Assembly (NCBI RefSeq): GCF_023806625.1
Contig: NZ_JAMTDX010000099.1
Coordinates: 3,746 to 67,745, forward strand
Source of the DNA: Accumulibacter sp.
GTDB lineage: Bacteria > Pseudomonadota > Gammaproteobacteria > Burkholderiales > Rhodocyclaceae
Direction of reading: 5' to 3'
Length of the DNA: 64,000 nt
How positions within the stretch are numbered: the first letter of the stretch is position 1; every line of letters begins with the position of its first letter. The translations under genes and the position numbers were made by a program. The notes beneath the pieces were generated by a model. The model worked only from the letters and a program-made list of their open reading frames with translations, made no database searches and had not been told where the DNA came from. Of the stretch, positions 36,270 to 45,400 are shown piece by piece.

Positions 36270-36387
36270 CGTCGACCGATCGACCGGGCCGAAGCGGCGA
36301 CACCGGCGTCGCGCCAGAACCATCGGGCCTGGCCGGTCCCTGCCGGCGGCCAGCACTCACCGCCGCCGCTTGCGCTAGACTTGTCAC

Positions 36388-37074
36388 ATGTGCGGACGTT
36401 ATGCGCTCGATGCTCCCCACGCGCAGCTCGCCTGGCGATTCCAGCTTGCCGAATGCCCGGCGCTTCCGGCTCGCTTCAACATCGCCCCGGGAACCGGGAT
36501 CGCGGTCGTCCGCCGGTCAGCGATCGGCCAGCGTACGCTCGACCTCCTGCGCTGGGGCCTGGTACCGCACTGGGCCCGCGATCCGGCGATCGGCGCGCGG
36601 CTGATCAATGCCCGCGGCGAATCGGTGAACGAGAAGCCGTCGTTTCGCGACGCCTTCAGGCGCCGCCGGTGTCTGATCCCGGCGAGCGGCTTCTACGAAT
36701 GGCAGCGCGTTCCGGGAAAGGGTTCGCTGGAGGTCAGGCAACCCTACTACGTTTCGCTGACTTCGGGAGAGACGATGGCTTTCGCGGGCCTCTGGGAATC
36801 GTGGACCTCGCCCAGTGGAGAGGTCGTGCGCAGCTGCTGCATCGTCACCGCCCCGGCCAACGAGCTGATGCGCCCGATCCACGACCGGATGCCGCTGATT
36901 CTCGCCCCCGACGACTGGCAACAATGGCTCGCCGCGCCCGCAGATCAGGCTGCACAGCTGATCCGCCCTGGTCTCGATGCAGCCCTGCAGGTCTGGTCGG
37001 TCGCGCGCAGGGTCGGCCGGGTCAGCGAAGACGATCCCGGCCTGATCGAGCCACTGGACGACCTCCACCGATGA
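36388..37074 (+). CDS. SOS response-associated peptidase (SRAP/YedK family, abasic-site DNA-protein crosslinking)
   Basis: N-terminal catalytic MCGRY, plus FNIAPG, LRWGLVPHW, NARGESV, IPASGFYEW, HDRMPLIL. Confidence 0.92.
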   Translation: MCGRYALDAPHAQLAWRFQLAECPALPARFNIAPGTGIAVVRRSAIGQRTLDLLRWGLVPHWARDPAIGARLINARGESVNEKPSFRDAFRRRRCLIPASGFYEWQRVPGKGSLEVRQPYYVSLTSGETMAFAGLWESWTSPSGEVVRSCCIVTAPANELMRPIHDRMPLILAPDDWQQWLAAPADQAAQLIRPGLDAALQVWSVARRVGRVSEDDPGLIEPLDDLHR

Positions 37075-37427
37075 AGACGTGCTATCGCGACATCGAGGCC
37101 TATACGACGCGCGACGGCTCGACGATCCGCGAACTGTTGCACCCGGCGGCGCACGGCAGCCGCATGCAGAGCCTCGCCGAAGCCGTGATCTCGCCCGGAG
37201 AACGGACGCTGCTGCACCGCCACCGGCTCAGCGAGGAACTGTATCACGTCACGAACGGCAGTGGATTGATGATCCTCGGCGACGAGACCCTGGCCATCGC
37301 GGTCGGCGACACCGTGCTGATCCCCCCGGGAACGGCCCACTGCGTCACGGCGACCGGGACCGAGCCCCTGCACATCCTTTGCTGCTGCAGTCCGGCGTAC
37401 CGCCACGACGACACCGACCTGCTGTGA
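37071..37427 (+). CDS. Cupin-domain protein
   Basis: ATG overlaps the SRAP stop (ATGA). 118 aa with cupin motifs (HRHRLSEELYHVTNGSG...GDTVLIPPGTAH). Confidence 0.75.
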   Translation: MKTCYRDIEAYTTRDGSTIRELLHPAAHGSRMQSLAEAVISPGERTLLHRHRLSEELYHVTNGSGLMILGDETLAIAVGDTVLIPPGTAHCVTATGTEPLHILCCCSPAYRHDDTDLL

Positions 37428-37466
37428 AGCCGCGTACCGATCGGGCAGCGATTGACGCGAGCGGCC

Positions 37467-37506
37467 GGGCCACGGGCCACGGGCCACGGGCCACGGGCCA
37501 CGGGCC
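37467..37506. repeat. Heptanucleotide tandem repeat (GGGCCAC) x5 plus a partial unit
   Basis: Direct reading: five perfect GGGCCAC units at 37467-37501, followed by GGGCC. Intergenic, about 95 nt upstream of the HDOD-GGDEF gene. Confidence 0.95.
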
Positions 37507-37598
37507 GGGGCAGCGCCTGAAGGGCACACCGCCGCGGCCCGTATTCCCACGCCTTTTTGTAGCATAATCGCGAGGATACCGAAGCCCAGGGACTTCCC

Positions 37599-39515
37599 TT
37601 GATCCATTTCGTCGATCCAGACCGCTACCGGGCGATGAAGGCGACGGGCAAACTGCCGTCGCCCAAGGGCGTCGCCTTCTCGATCATCAAGCTGCTGCAA
37701 AGGGACGACTTCCGTGTCTCGGAACTCGTCCAGCTGGTCCAGTCCGATCCGGCCATCGCCGGCCGTCTGCTGAAGTTCGCCAACGCCGCGGCTTTCGGAC
37801 GCGCGCGGCCGATCGTCTCGCTGCAGCGGGCGATCGTCGCGCTCGGCGCTTTCCGCGTCCGCGATCTGGTCATCGGACTGTCGGTCATGCACAGCCACAC
37901 CAGCGGGCAATGCGAGGAGTTTGATTACGGGGCTTTCTGGGGACACTCGCTGGCCACCGGCATCGCCTGCCAGGAGTTGGCCCATTTCGCGCAGATATCG
38001 AGTGAGGAACTGTTTACCCTCGGGCTGCTCGCCCGAGTCGGCGAACTGGCGATGGCTTCGCTGTTTCCCGGCGAGTACGCGGCAGTGCTGCGCCGCGCCC
38101 GGGAAGAGACACAGGACATCGGCGCCTGCGAACGTGAGGCCTTCGACATGGATCACCAGCAGCTCGGCGCGACGATGCTCGCCGAGTGGGGGATGCCGGA
38201 GATGCTCATCCAGGCAGCCTACCACCACGAGCAGCCGGACCTCGCCGGCTTTCGTGACGGCTCGCGGGTCCAGACGCTGACCCATTCGCTGAATTTTGCC
38301 CGCTCGCTCGCCGAGATCTGCATGGCCAACGAGGAAGCGCGCTGGAGTCTTCTGCCGGGCCTGCTGACCCGGGCGGCGCGCCTCGGGATCAGCGGCGATG
38401 CGCTCAACGACACCGTCGACCGGATGGTCCGCCGCTGGCGCGAATGGGGGGCGATGCTCCAGGTGCGCACGCAGGAGATCCCGCCGTTCGCTGAAATCCT
38501 CGCTGCCAGCCCGCCGAGCCGCCGGGTGAGTACGACCAACCTCGAGCAGAACGGCAGGGCTGCCGCCCCTCGGCTGCACGTCCAGCTGGTCGGCATCCCG
38601 CTCGCCGACTTGCCGACGCTGATGCAGCAGATCGAGAGTCTCGGACACCTGCCGGTACTCGTCGACAGCAGCCCGGAAGCGCTGCGGCACGCGCTGCGTC
38701 AGCCGACGCAGATCGTCATCGCCGATCTCGCCACGCCAAGCCTCACGCCCGCCAGCTTCTGCCGGATCCTGCGCCAGACACCGGCCGGCAAGGAGAGCTA
38801 TGCACTGCTGCTCGCCTCACCCGGCAGCGAGAGCCTGATCCTCGAAGCGATCGACGCCGGCGCGGACGACGTCCTGGTCAAGCCTCTCGACATCCAGACC
38901 CTGCGCGTCCGTCTGAATACGGCGACGCGCATGCTCCTGCTGCGCGAGGAAATCCAGCGCGAACGGCGAGGCATCATGCGCTCCACCGACGAATTCGCGG
39001 TCGCCCACCGCCGACTGCTGCAGGCAGCCCTGACCGATGCCCTGACGCAACTCCCGAATCGCCGGCACGGCCTCGACTTTCTGGCCTCGGAATGGGCGTT
39101 TGCGCAGGCCAACAGCCTGCCGATGGCCTGCCTGCTGCTCGACGTCGACCACTTCAAGAAGATCAACGACGGCTACGGTCACGCTGCAGGAGACGCGCTG
39201 CTGCGCCAGCTCGCCGATCTCCTCAAGCGCGCCTCGCGCGTCGAAGACATGGTCTTCCGCTATGGTGGCGAAGAATTTGCAGCCGTCCTGCCGAACGCGA
39301 ACGCGCGCGCCGCGGCGCAGATCGCCGAACGAATCCGTTCGGTCGTCGAACGCTATCATTTCCTGTGGGAAGACAAGTCGATTCCGGTCACGCTGAGCAT
39401 CGGAGTCGCCAACGTCGGCAACGAACCGGACAGCCAGGCGCTGATCAAGGCGGCCGACGCGGCACTGTACGAGGCCAAGCGGGCGGGGCGCAATCGCGTC
39501 GTCGTCGCGCGCTGA
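37599..39515 (+). CDS. HDOD domain / receiver-like domain / GGDEF diguanylate cyclase
   Basis: HDOD N-terminus (LPSPKGVAFSIIKLL...DPAIAGRLLKFANAAAFG). C-terminal GGDEF with intact RYGGEEF and an RVED I-site 5 residues upstream. The start is TTG at 37599; an alternative ATG is at 37635. Confidence 0.85.
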   Translation: MIHFVDPDRYRAMKATGKLPSPKGVAFSIIKLLQRDDFRVSELVQLVQSDPAIAGRLLKFANAAAFGRARPIVSLQRAIVALGAFRVRDLVIGLSVMHSHTSGQCEEFDYGAFWGHSLATGIACQELAHFAQISSEELFTLGLLARVGELAMASLFPGEYAAVLRRAREETQDIGACEREAFDMDHQQLGATMLAEWGMPEMLIQAAYHHEQPDLAGFRDGSRVQTLTHSLNFARSLAEICMANEEARWSLLPGLLTRAARLGISGDALNDTVDRMVRRWREWGAMLQVRTQEIPPFAEILAASPPSRRVSTTNLEQNGRAAAPRLHVQLVGIPLADLPTLMQQIESLGHLPVLVDSSPEALRHALRQPTQIVIADLATPSLTPASFCRILRQTPAGKESYALLLASPGSESLILEAIDAGADDVLVKPLDIQTLRVRLNTATRMLLLREEIQRERRGIMRSTDEFAVAHRRLLQAALTDALTQLPNRRHGLDFLASEWAFAQANSLPMACLLLDVDHFKKINDGYGHAAGDALLRQLADLLKRASRVEDMVFRYGGEEFAAVLPNANARAAAQIAERIRSVVERYHFLWEDKSIPVTLSIGVANVGNEPDSQALIKAADAALYEAKRAGRNRVVVAR

Positions 39516-39595
39516 TCACCCGCTCTACCCCGAGGACGCCCCGCACGACCGCGCTCCCGGAGCAACCCGGCCGTCGATCGCTCCGCCGAAACCGC

Positions 39596-40042
39596 TCAGT
39601 GGAGATCGCCGGGCTTGAGCCGGCCGATGCGAAACACCTCGATGCCTTCCTCGACCAGCGACTCGTATTCCTCGCTGGTCGCCACGCCGCGGATCGACCG
39701 CTCGGGCGCCTCGACGTAGTGTATCCGGCGCGCTTCTTCGGCAAAGTTTTCGCCGACGTCTTCGCAGCGGGCGAGCAGCATTTCCGTCAGCTGACGAAAC
39801 GCGTTGAGTACCCCGGCGCGCAGGTCCACGACCGCCGCTTCGCTATCGGCCGTTTCGACCGGCGCCGGAGTCGCCGCCTGGCGGCTCAGGTGAACGTTCG
39901 AAGGCACGCGGCGGACCTCGAGCGAAGCGCAGTGCGGACAGTTGATCAGGCGGCGTTCAAGCTGGCTGTCGAAGTCCTCGCGGGAATGGAACCAGCCTTC
40001 GAAACGATGGCCAAGCGGGCAGGCAAGGTCGAAAATGATCAT
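39596..40042 (-). CDS. DUF1178-family zinc-ribbon-like protein
   Basis: ATG at 40042. MIIFDLACPLGHRFEGWF...CPHC pattern. The longer ORF to 40159 runs into tRNA-Leu and was trimmed. Confidence 0.7.
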   Translation of the reverse strand: MIIFDLACPLGHRFEGWFHSREDFDSQLERRLINCPHCASLEVRRVPSNVHLSRQAATPAPVETADSEAAVVDLRAGVLNAFRQLTEMLLARCEDVGENFAEEARRIHYVEAPERSIRGVATSEEYESLVEEGIEVFRIGRLKPGDLH

Positions 40043-40081
40043 CTGCGGCCGGAGCGCGGAGCTCGTGGTGGTTGGCAAGGG

Positions 40082-40165
40082 TACCCGGAGCCGGGATCGA
40101 ACCGGCATGGCCGCGAGGCCGAGGGATTTTAAGTCCCTTGCGTCTACCTGTTTCGCCATCCGGGC
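40082..40165 (-). tRNA. tRNA-Leu(UAA), class II with a long variable arm
   Basis: Minus-strand sequence GCCCGGATGGCGAAACAGGTAGACGCAAGGGACTTAAAATCCCTCGGCCTCGCGGCCATGCCGGTTCGATCCCGGCTCCGGGTA. Anticodon loop CT-TAA-AA. Near-colinear with E. coli leuZ. Only CC of the CCA end is encoded. Confidence 0.93.
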
Positions 40166-40200
40166 GGTTTCAGACCATTATACGCGCCCCAAAATGGAAG

Positions 40201-40231
40201 AAGGGAAAGGGCCTTCCCGGCCCTTTCCCTT
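40201..40231 (-). other. 13-bp perfect-stem hairpin in the tRNA-Gly/tRNA-Leu spacer
   Basis: AAGGGAAAGGGCC-TTCCC-GGCCCTTTCCCTT. On the transcribed (minus) strand it is followed by CTTCCATTTT, then a perfect TATAAT (40177-40182) 11 nt before the mature tRNA-Leu 5' end. Confidence 0.6.
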
Positions 40232-40238
40232 CACAGGC

Positions 40239-40314
40239 TGGAGCGGCAAAAGAGTCTCGAACTCTCGACCTATACCTTGGCAAGGTATCGCTCTACCAAC
40301 TGAGCTATTGCCGC
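40239..40314 (-). tRNA. tRNA-Gly(GCC)
   Basis: Minus-strand sequence GCGGCAATAGCTCAGTTGGTAGAGCGATACCTTGCCAAGGTATAGGTCGAGAGTTCGAGACTCTTTTGCCGCTCCA. 76 nt, anticodon loop TT-GCC-AA, encoded CCA. Confidence 0.95.
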
Positions 40315-40611
40315 CCGTCATGCAGGAAAACGCCACTTGACCGGTACCGCCCGGAGCGGCGCTTCCACGAGCAGCCGAATTATCCGCACGCCGTCCCGAC
40401 GTGTCAACCACTCGCCGACTCGCCGGACCATGAAATCATGCCCCGGGTAGCGCCGCCGCGCGTGCTTCCGCGCAGTCGCCCCGCTCGCCGAAGTGCGACG
40501 GGCAGGTCTACAATGCCTGGTGCAGTGGCCGCGGCCAGGCACGCACCAGACTAATCCGCGATCGGCCGATGCCGCGATCTCCTCGAAGAACCCTTTCCGA
40601 AAGCGACCCCG

Positions 40612-41775
40612 ATGCGTTCTCCTCCCCTCGCCGGCCTGCGCGTGCTCGATCTGACGCGTCTCCTGCCTGGCCCGATGGCCACCATGCACCTCGCCGACCT
40701 CGGCGCCGACGTCATCAAGATCGAGGACACCGGCCCCGGCGATTACGCGCGCGACGCCGGCGCAGTGCACGGCTCGATCAGCTACTTCCAGCTGGTCAAT
40801 CGCAACAAGCGCAGCCTGCGACTCGACCTCAAACAGGCTGCCGGAGTCGACGCCTTCATGCGCCTCGCGAGCACCGCCGACGTGATCCTCGAGGGATTTC
40901 GCCCGGGCGTGGTCGACAAGCTCGGCATCGGCTATGCGGCGGTCAGTGCCGTCAATCCGCGGATCGTCTACTGCGCGATAACCGGCTATGGACAGGATGG
41001 GCCCTACCGCGACCGCGCCGGACACGATCTGAATTATCTGGCCTGCTGCGGACTGCTCGACCAGATCGGAACCGCTGGCCAAGCCCCGGCGATACCCAAC
41101 TTCCAGATCGGTGATCTGCTCGGCGGGTCCTTGACCGCCCTTGTCGGCATCCTCGCCGGAGTCGTCGACGCACGCCAGAGCGGCCGCGGCCGCTACGTCG
41201 ACGTGGCGATGACCGACGCCGTATTCGCGCACACGATCTTCCCGCTGCTCGCCGTCCTTGGACTGGGACAGGTCCTGCCACGCGGCACCGACCTCCTCTC
41301 CGGAGGGATCCCCAGCTACGGTGTCTACGCCACCGGCGACGGCCGACACTTGGCCGTCAGCGCGATGGAGCCCAAGTTCTGGCAGACGCTCTGCTCGGTG
41401 CTCGGCCGCCCGGAACTCAGGCCGTTTGCCTTCGCCACGGGCGACGAGGGCCGGCGGGTTCGCCGCGAACTCGAAGCGGCATTCGCCGGGCGCAGCCTCG
41501 CCGAGTGGACGGCGCTGTTCGACGAGGCCGACTGCTGCGTCAGCCCGGTATTGCGCTTCGAGGAGAGCCTGGCTAACGAACACCTGCTCGCCCGCCAGAT
41601 GATCGTCGAAGTCGACGGGGTCAGGCAGTTCGCGCCGCCTTTCAGGATCAGCGAACTGTCCTTCGCAGCCCGACTGCCACCCCCGGGTGCCGGCGAGCAC
41701 AGCGAGGAAGTGCTCCGCGAAAGCGGATTCTCGGAGAGCGAGATCAAGTCGCTGCGCACCGCCGGAGTCATCTGA
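40612..41775 (+). CDS. Family III CoA-transferase (CaiB/BaiF; alpha-methylacyl-CoA racemase-like)
   Basis: Motifs LAGLRVLDLTRLLPGP, DLGADVIKIE, NRNKRS, EGFRPGV, GHDLNYLA. Confidence 0.9.
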   Translation: MRSPPLAGLRVLDLTRLLPGPMATMHLADLGADVIKIEDTGPGDYARDAGAVHGSISYFQLVNRNKRSLRLDLKQAAGVDAFMRLASTADVILEGFRPGVVDKLGIGYAAVSAVNPRIVYCAITGYGQDGPYRDRAGHDLNYLACCGLLDQIGTAGQAPAIPNFQIGDLLGGSLTALVGILAGVVDARQSGRGRYVDVAMTDAVFAHTIFPLLAVLGLGQVLPRGTDLLSGGIPSYGVYATGDGRHLAVSAMEPKFWQTLCSVLGRPELRPFAFATGDEGRRVRRELEAAFAGRSLAEWTALFDEADCCVSPVLRFEESLANEHLLARQMIVEVDGVRQFAPPFRISELSFAARLPPPGAGEHSEEVLRESGFSESEIKSLRTAGVI

Positions 41776-41835
41776 GCGACCCGCCCGCTGCCTCAGGTCC
41801 GCCTGGCGTCGGACCGGAGAACGCTCGCCCGGGGT

Positions 41836-42642
41836 TCAGGTCGGCGGCGTTTCCGGGCCAGCCACGGTCGCCTGCTGGCGTACCGGCGCCCCGTCGTGGA
41901 ACAGCCAGAGACTCCCGCGGGGCATCGCTTCCCAGCGCTCGTTGTCGGTCAGCGGCACGGTCGCGATGACGGCCACCCGGTCGTCGGGGTTGGTCACTTC
42001 GCGGAAATCGATGCTCAAATCCTGATCGCAGAGGTGCGCCACGGCGAACGGCGCCTGGCGGACGATGTAACTCAGGCGCGTCGAGCAGTGGGCGACCAGG
42101 CAGTCACCGTTCGAGAGCAGGAAATTGCACACGCCGCGCGCGCCGAGGTCGAGGCTCAACCGATGGAGCGCGTCGAACAGCGCCTCCCGGGCTGGCGGCT
42201 GTCGGCCGAAAAGCCGATGGAGGCTCTGCAGAAGCCAGCAGAACGCACGTTCGCTGTCCGTCTCGCCGACGGGTGTGAACTGCCCATCGAGCACCGGAAC
42301 GAAATCGGGCAGGTGACCGTTGTGCGCAAAGATCCAGTAACGACCCCAGAGCTCGCGCATGAACGGATGCGTGTTCTCGAGGGCGACGCCTCCCTGCGTC
42401 GCCTTGCGGATGTGCGCGACGACGTTCTTCGAGTGGATCGGGTAGTTGCGCACCAGTTCGGCGACCGGCGATACGCAGGACGGCTGCGGGTCGAGGAAGA
42501 CCCGCGCACCACGATCCTCGAAGAAGGCGATCCCCCAGCCGTCGGCATGCACGTCGGTTGCGCCGCCGCGGGCCTGGAACCCGGCAAAGGAGAAACAGAC
42601 GTCAGTCGGCACGTTGCAGTTCATCGCCAGCAACTGACACAT
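41836..42642 (-). CDS. Class II (Ntn) glutamine amidotransferase, YafJ-like
   Basis: ATG at 42642 gives MCQLL with the nucleophile at Cys2. Motifs DGWGIAFF, HIRKATQG, NTHPF, FAHNG. Confidence 0.88.
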   Translation of the reverse strand: MCQLLAMNCNVPTDVCFSFAGFQARGGATDVHADGWGIAFFEDRGARVFLDPQPSCVSPVAELVRNYPIHSKNVVAHIRKATQGGVALENTHPFMRELWGRYWIFAHNGHLPDFVPVLDGQFTPVGETDSERAFCWLLQSLHRLFGRQPPAREALFDALHRLSLDLGARGVCNFLLSNGDCLVAHCSTRLSYIVRQAPFAVAHLCDQDLSIDFREVTNPDDRVAVIATVPLTDNERWEAMPRGSLWLFHDGAPVRQQATVAGPETPPT

Positions 42643-42655
42643 CGCTGCACTCCCG

Positions 42656-43831
42656 CTAGCGCTCACGCCGCTGGGGCGCCCTCTTGCCAATCCTGACCGT
42701 CGTTTCGAGCACGTTGTTCTGCCGGCGCAGCCGGAAGGCGATCGTCTCGCCGGGGGTCTGGCCGGCAATCAGATCGAGCATCGCCTGCGGATCCCTGACC
42801 GGCTGTCCGGCAACCGCGAGCAGGATGTCGCCGGGCCTGATGCCGCCCGCGTCGGCCGGACTGCCGCGCAGGACGCCTGCGATCAGCGCACCGCGGGTGT
42901 CCGGAAGACCGAAGGACTCGGCGAGGTCGACGGTTATCTCCTGCGCCTCGACGCCGATCCACCCGCGCGTGACCGACCCGTTGAGGATGATCTGCTCCAT
43001 CACGTTGCGCGCGGTCGAAATCGGGATCGCGAAACCGATTCCCAGCGATCCGCCGGAGCGCGAGTAGATCGCCGTGTTGATGCCGATCAGGTTGCCCTGG
43101 CTGTCCACCAGGGCGCCCCCCGAATTGCCCGGGTTGATCGCCGCATCGGTCTGGATGAAGTTCTCGAAGGCATTGATGCCGAGGTGCGATCGTCCCAGAG
43201 CCGAGATTATTCCCATGGTGACCGTTTGCCCGACCCCGAAGGGATTGCCGATCGCCAGGGTTACGTCGCCCACGCCGACGTTGTCCATCCGGCCAAGGGT
43301 GATCGCCGGCAGCTGCAGATCCTTGCCGCTCGGCTCGTCGATCTGCAGCACCGCCAGGTCCGACTCGGGATCACTGCCGACGACTCGCGCGCTGAGGTTG
43401 CGACCGTCGCTGAGCGTCACCTCGATCTGGTCGGCAGCCTCGACGACGTGCAGGCTGGTCAGGATGTAACCGCTCGGGCTGACGATGACCCCGGAGCCCA
43501 GACCGGCCGTTCGCTGCCCTTCGCCGCCTTCCCCGAAGAAGTGCCTGAATACCGGGTCGTTGAGCAGCGGATGGCGCCGCGCCCTGACCTTCTGCGAAGT
43601 GAAGATGTGCACCACCGACGGCAGCGCCTTCTGCGCGGCTTCGCGGAACGACGGTGGCGCGGCGGAAGCGGCGGCTGCCGGCGCCTCGACCGGCGACTCC
43701 TGAACGGCCACGACGCTCGCCCCACCCGGCCAAGGCTTGCCGAGCCACTCGGGTCTCAGCGTGCTCACGACGAACACGACGGCGAGACTGATGGTCACCG
43801 TTTGTGCAAAAATCAGCCACAGCCTGCGCAT
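42656..43831 (-). CDS. DegS/AlgW-type periplasmic serine endoprotease (S1C) with one PDZ domain
   Basis: ATG at 43831. N-terminal TM anchor; catalytic triad contexts TSLHVV, DLAVLQI, GNSGGALV; one C-terminal PDZ (GIRPGDILLAVAGQPV). Confidence 0.9.
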   Translation of the reverse strand: MRRLWLIFAQTVTISLAVVFVVSTLRPEWLGKPWPGGASVVAVQESPVEAPAAAASAAPPSFREAAQKALPSVVHIFTSQKVRARRHPLLNDPVFRHFFGEGGEGQRTAGLGSGVIVSPSGYILTSLHVVEAADQIEVTLSDGRNLSARVVGSDPESDLAVLQIDEPSGKDLQLPAITLGRMDNVGVGDVTLAIGNPFGVGQTVTMGIISALGRSHLGINAFENFIQTDAAINPGNSGGALVDSQGNLIGINTAIYSRSGGSLGIGFAIPISTARNVMEQIILNGSVTRGWIGVEAQEITVDLAESFGLPDTRGALIAGVLRGSPADAGGIRPGDILLAVAGQPVRDPQAMLDLIAGQTPGETIAFRLRRQNNVLETTVRIGKRAPQRRER

Positions 43832-43852
43832 GAACTCAACCGGAGCCGGCAA

Positions 43853-44599
43853 ATGGAACGTGAGGAACTGACACGCTATCTCGACCAGCTGCTCGACGCT
43901 GGACGCTTCCGCGATTATTGCCCAAACGGCCTGCAAGTGGAAGGACGCCGCGAAGTGCGGCGCCTCGTCGCCGGCGTTTCGGCGACCCAGGCGCTGCTCG
44001 ACGAGGCCGTCCACCGCGACGCGGACGCGATCCTCGTGCACCACGGCTGGTTCTGGCGTGGCGAGGATGGCCGGATCACCGGAATCCGCAAGCGCCGCCT
44101 GCAGACGCTACTTGGCGACGAGATCAGCCTGATCGCCTATCATCTGCCGCTCGACGACCACGCGGAATTCGGCAACAATGCCCAACTCGCACGACGACTC
44201 GGCTGGCTCGCCGATGGCCGCTTCGCAGAGCAGGATCTCGGCTGGCTCGGTCGTCCCGACCAGCCGACCACGGTCGGAGCACTCGCCGACCGCGTCGCCG
44301 GCGCACTGCGCCGAGAGCCACTGCTGGTCGGCGACCGCCAGCGCCCGGTGAGCCGCGTCGGCTGGTGTTCGGGGGCGGCGCAGGGGCTGTTCGAACAGGC
44401 CATCGCGAGCGGTGTCGACCTCTACCTCAGCGGCGAGATCTCGGAGCAGACCGTGCATCTCTCGCGCGAGTCGGGAGTCGCCTATCTCTCCGCCGGACAT
44501 CATGCCACCGAGCGCTACGGCGTGCTGGCGCTGGCCGGACATCTCGCGGAACGCTTTGGCCTCGACTGCCAGTTCGTCGATATCGACAACCCCGTCTAG
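43853..44599 (+). CDS. Nif3-like dinuclear metal centre protein (YbgI family)
   Basis: ATG at 43853. Motifs [31 protein letters not shown]. Confidence 0.9.
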   Translation: MEREELTRYLDQLLDAGRFRDYCPNGLQVEGRREVRRLVAGVSATQALLDEAVHRDADAILVHHGWFWRGEDGRITGIRKRRLQTLLGDEISLIAYHLPLDDHAEFGNNAQLARRLGWLADGRFAEQDLGWLGRPDQPTTVGALADRVAGALRREPLLVGDRQRPVSRVGWCSGAAQGLFEQAIASGVDLYLSGEISEQTVHLSRESGVAYLSAGHHATERYGVLALAGHLAERFGLDCQFVDIDNPV

Positions 44600-44624
44600 T
44601 GACGGTGAGAATCAGGAACCCGCC

Positions 44625-45308
44625 ATGTCCTATCTTTTCGAGCCACCCCCGACTGTCGCCGTAGCTCTGGCCGGCAGCGATGCCCTGTTTCCCGTCCGCC
44701 GGGTCTATTGCGTCGGGCGCAACTACGCCGATCACGCCGCTGAAATGGGCGCCGACACTCGCGAGCCTCCGTTCTTCTTCGGCAAGCCTGCCGATGCGCT
44801 GGTCCCCGGCGGCGGCACCGTCGCCTATCCGCCGGCGACGGCCAACCTGCAGCACGAGGTCGAGCTGGTCGTTGCGCTCGCCGGCGGGGGTCGCGAGGTC
44901 CCCGTCGCCCGCGCGCTCGACCTGGTGCTCGGCTACGCGGTGGGCATCGACCTGACCCGACGCGATCTGCAGCAGGCGGCCAAGGAGAAGGGACATCCCT
45001 GGGACATGGCCAAGGGCTTCGACCAGAGTGCGCCGATCGGCCCGATCCATCCGCTGTCGATCGCCGGTCATCCAACCAGCGGCGCGATCTGGCTCAGGGT
45101 CAACGGCGAGTTGCGGCAGAACGGCGACCTCCGGCAGATGTCGTGGTCCGTCGCCGAGGTCATCGCGCGCCTGTCGGGCCTGGTCACTCTCGCTCCGGGC
45201 GACCTGATCTTCACCGGCACGCCGGCCGGAGTGTCCACGCTGGCCCGAGGCGACCAGATCGAGGCTGGCGTCGCCGGCCTCGGCGAGCTGATCGCGCGTA
45301 TCGTCTGA
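44625..45308 (+). CDS. Fumarylacetoacetate hydrolase (FAH) family protein
   Basis: ATG at 44625. Motifs [42 protein letters not shown]. Confidence 0.9.
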   Translation: MSYLFEPPPTVAVALAGSDALFPVRRVYCVGRNYADHAAEMGADTREPPFFFGKPADALVPGGGTVAYPPATANLQHEVELVVALAGGGREVPVARALDLVLGYAVGIDLTRRDLQQAAKEKGHPWDMAKGFDQSAPIGPIHPLSIAGHPTSGAIWLRVNGELRQNGDLRQMSWSVAEVIARLSGLVTLAPGDLIFTGTPAGVSTLARGDQIEAGVAGLGELIARIV

Positions 45309-45400
45309 GAGCGCGTCAAGACATCGTCGTGAGCTGGCCGATATGCCCGACGCGAGCGCACGACGGAACGTATTCCAACCTCGACAGCAAAGGAGCCCCA

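Noticed and set aside
34284-36356. A 690-aa minus-strand ORF opposite prpE. Analogous ORFs lie opposite the HDOD-GGDEF gene (36945-38690) and the alpha-2-macroglobulin gene (56404-58317).
   Set aside because: There are no recognisable domains, the composition is typical of antisense high-GC frames, and the sense-strand genes are strongly supported.
40043-40159. The N-terminal 39 codons of ORF 39596-40159 (MAKQVDARDLKSLG...).
   Set aside because: This stretch is the reverse-strand reading of tRNA-Leu(UAA). The DUF1178-like protein begins at the internal ATG at 40042 (MIIFDLACPLGH).
40082-40314. The tRNA-Leu and tRNA-Gly genes, considered as a possible integration hotspot marking a genomic island.
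   Set aside because: There is no integrase, no direct repeat of a tRNA 3' end and no compositional shift that I could see on either side. The flanking genes are ordinary housekeeping genes.
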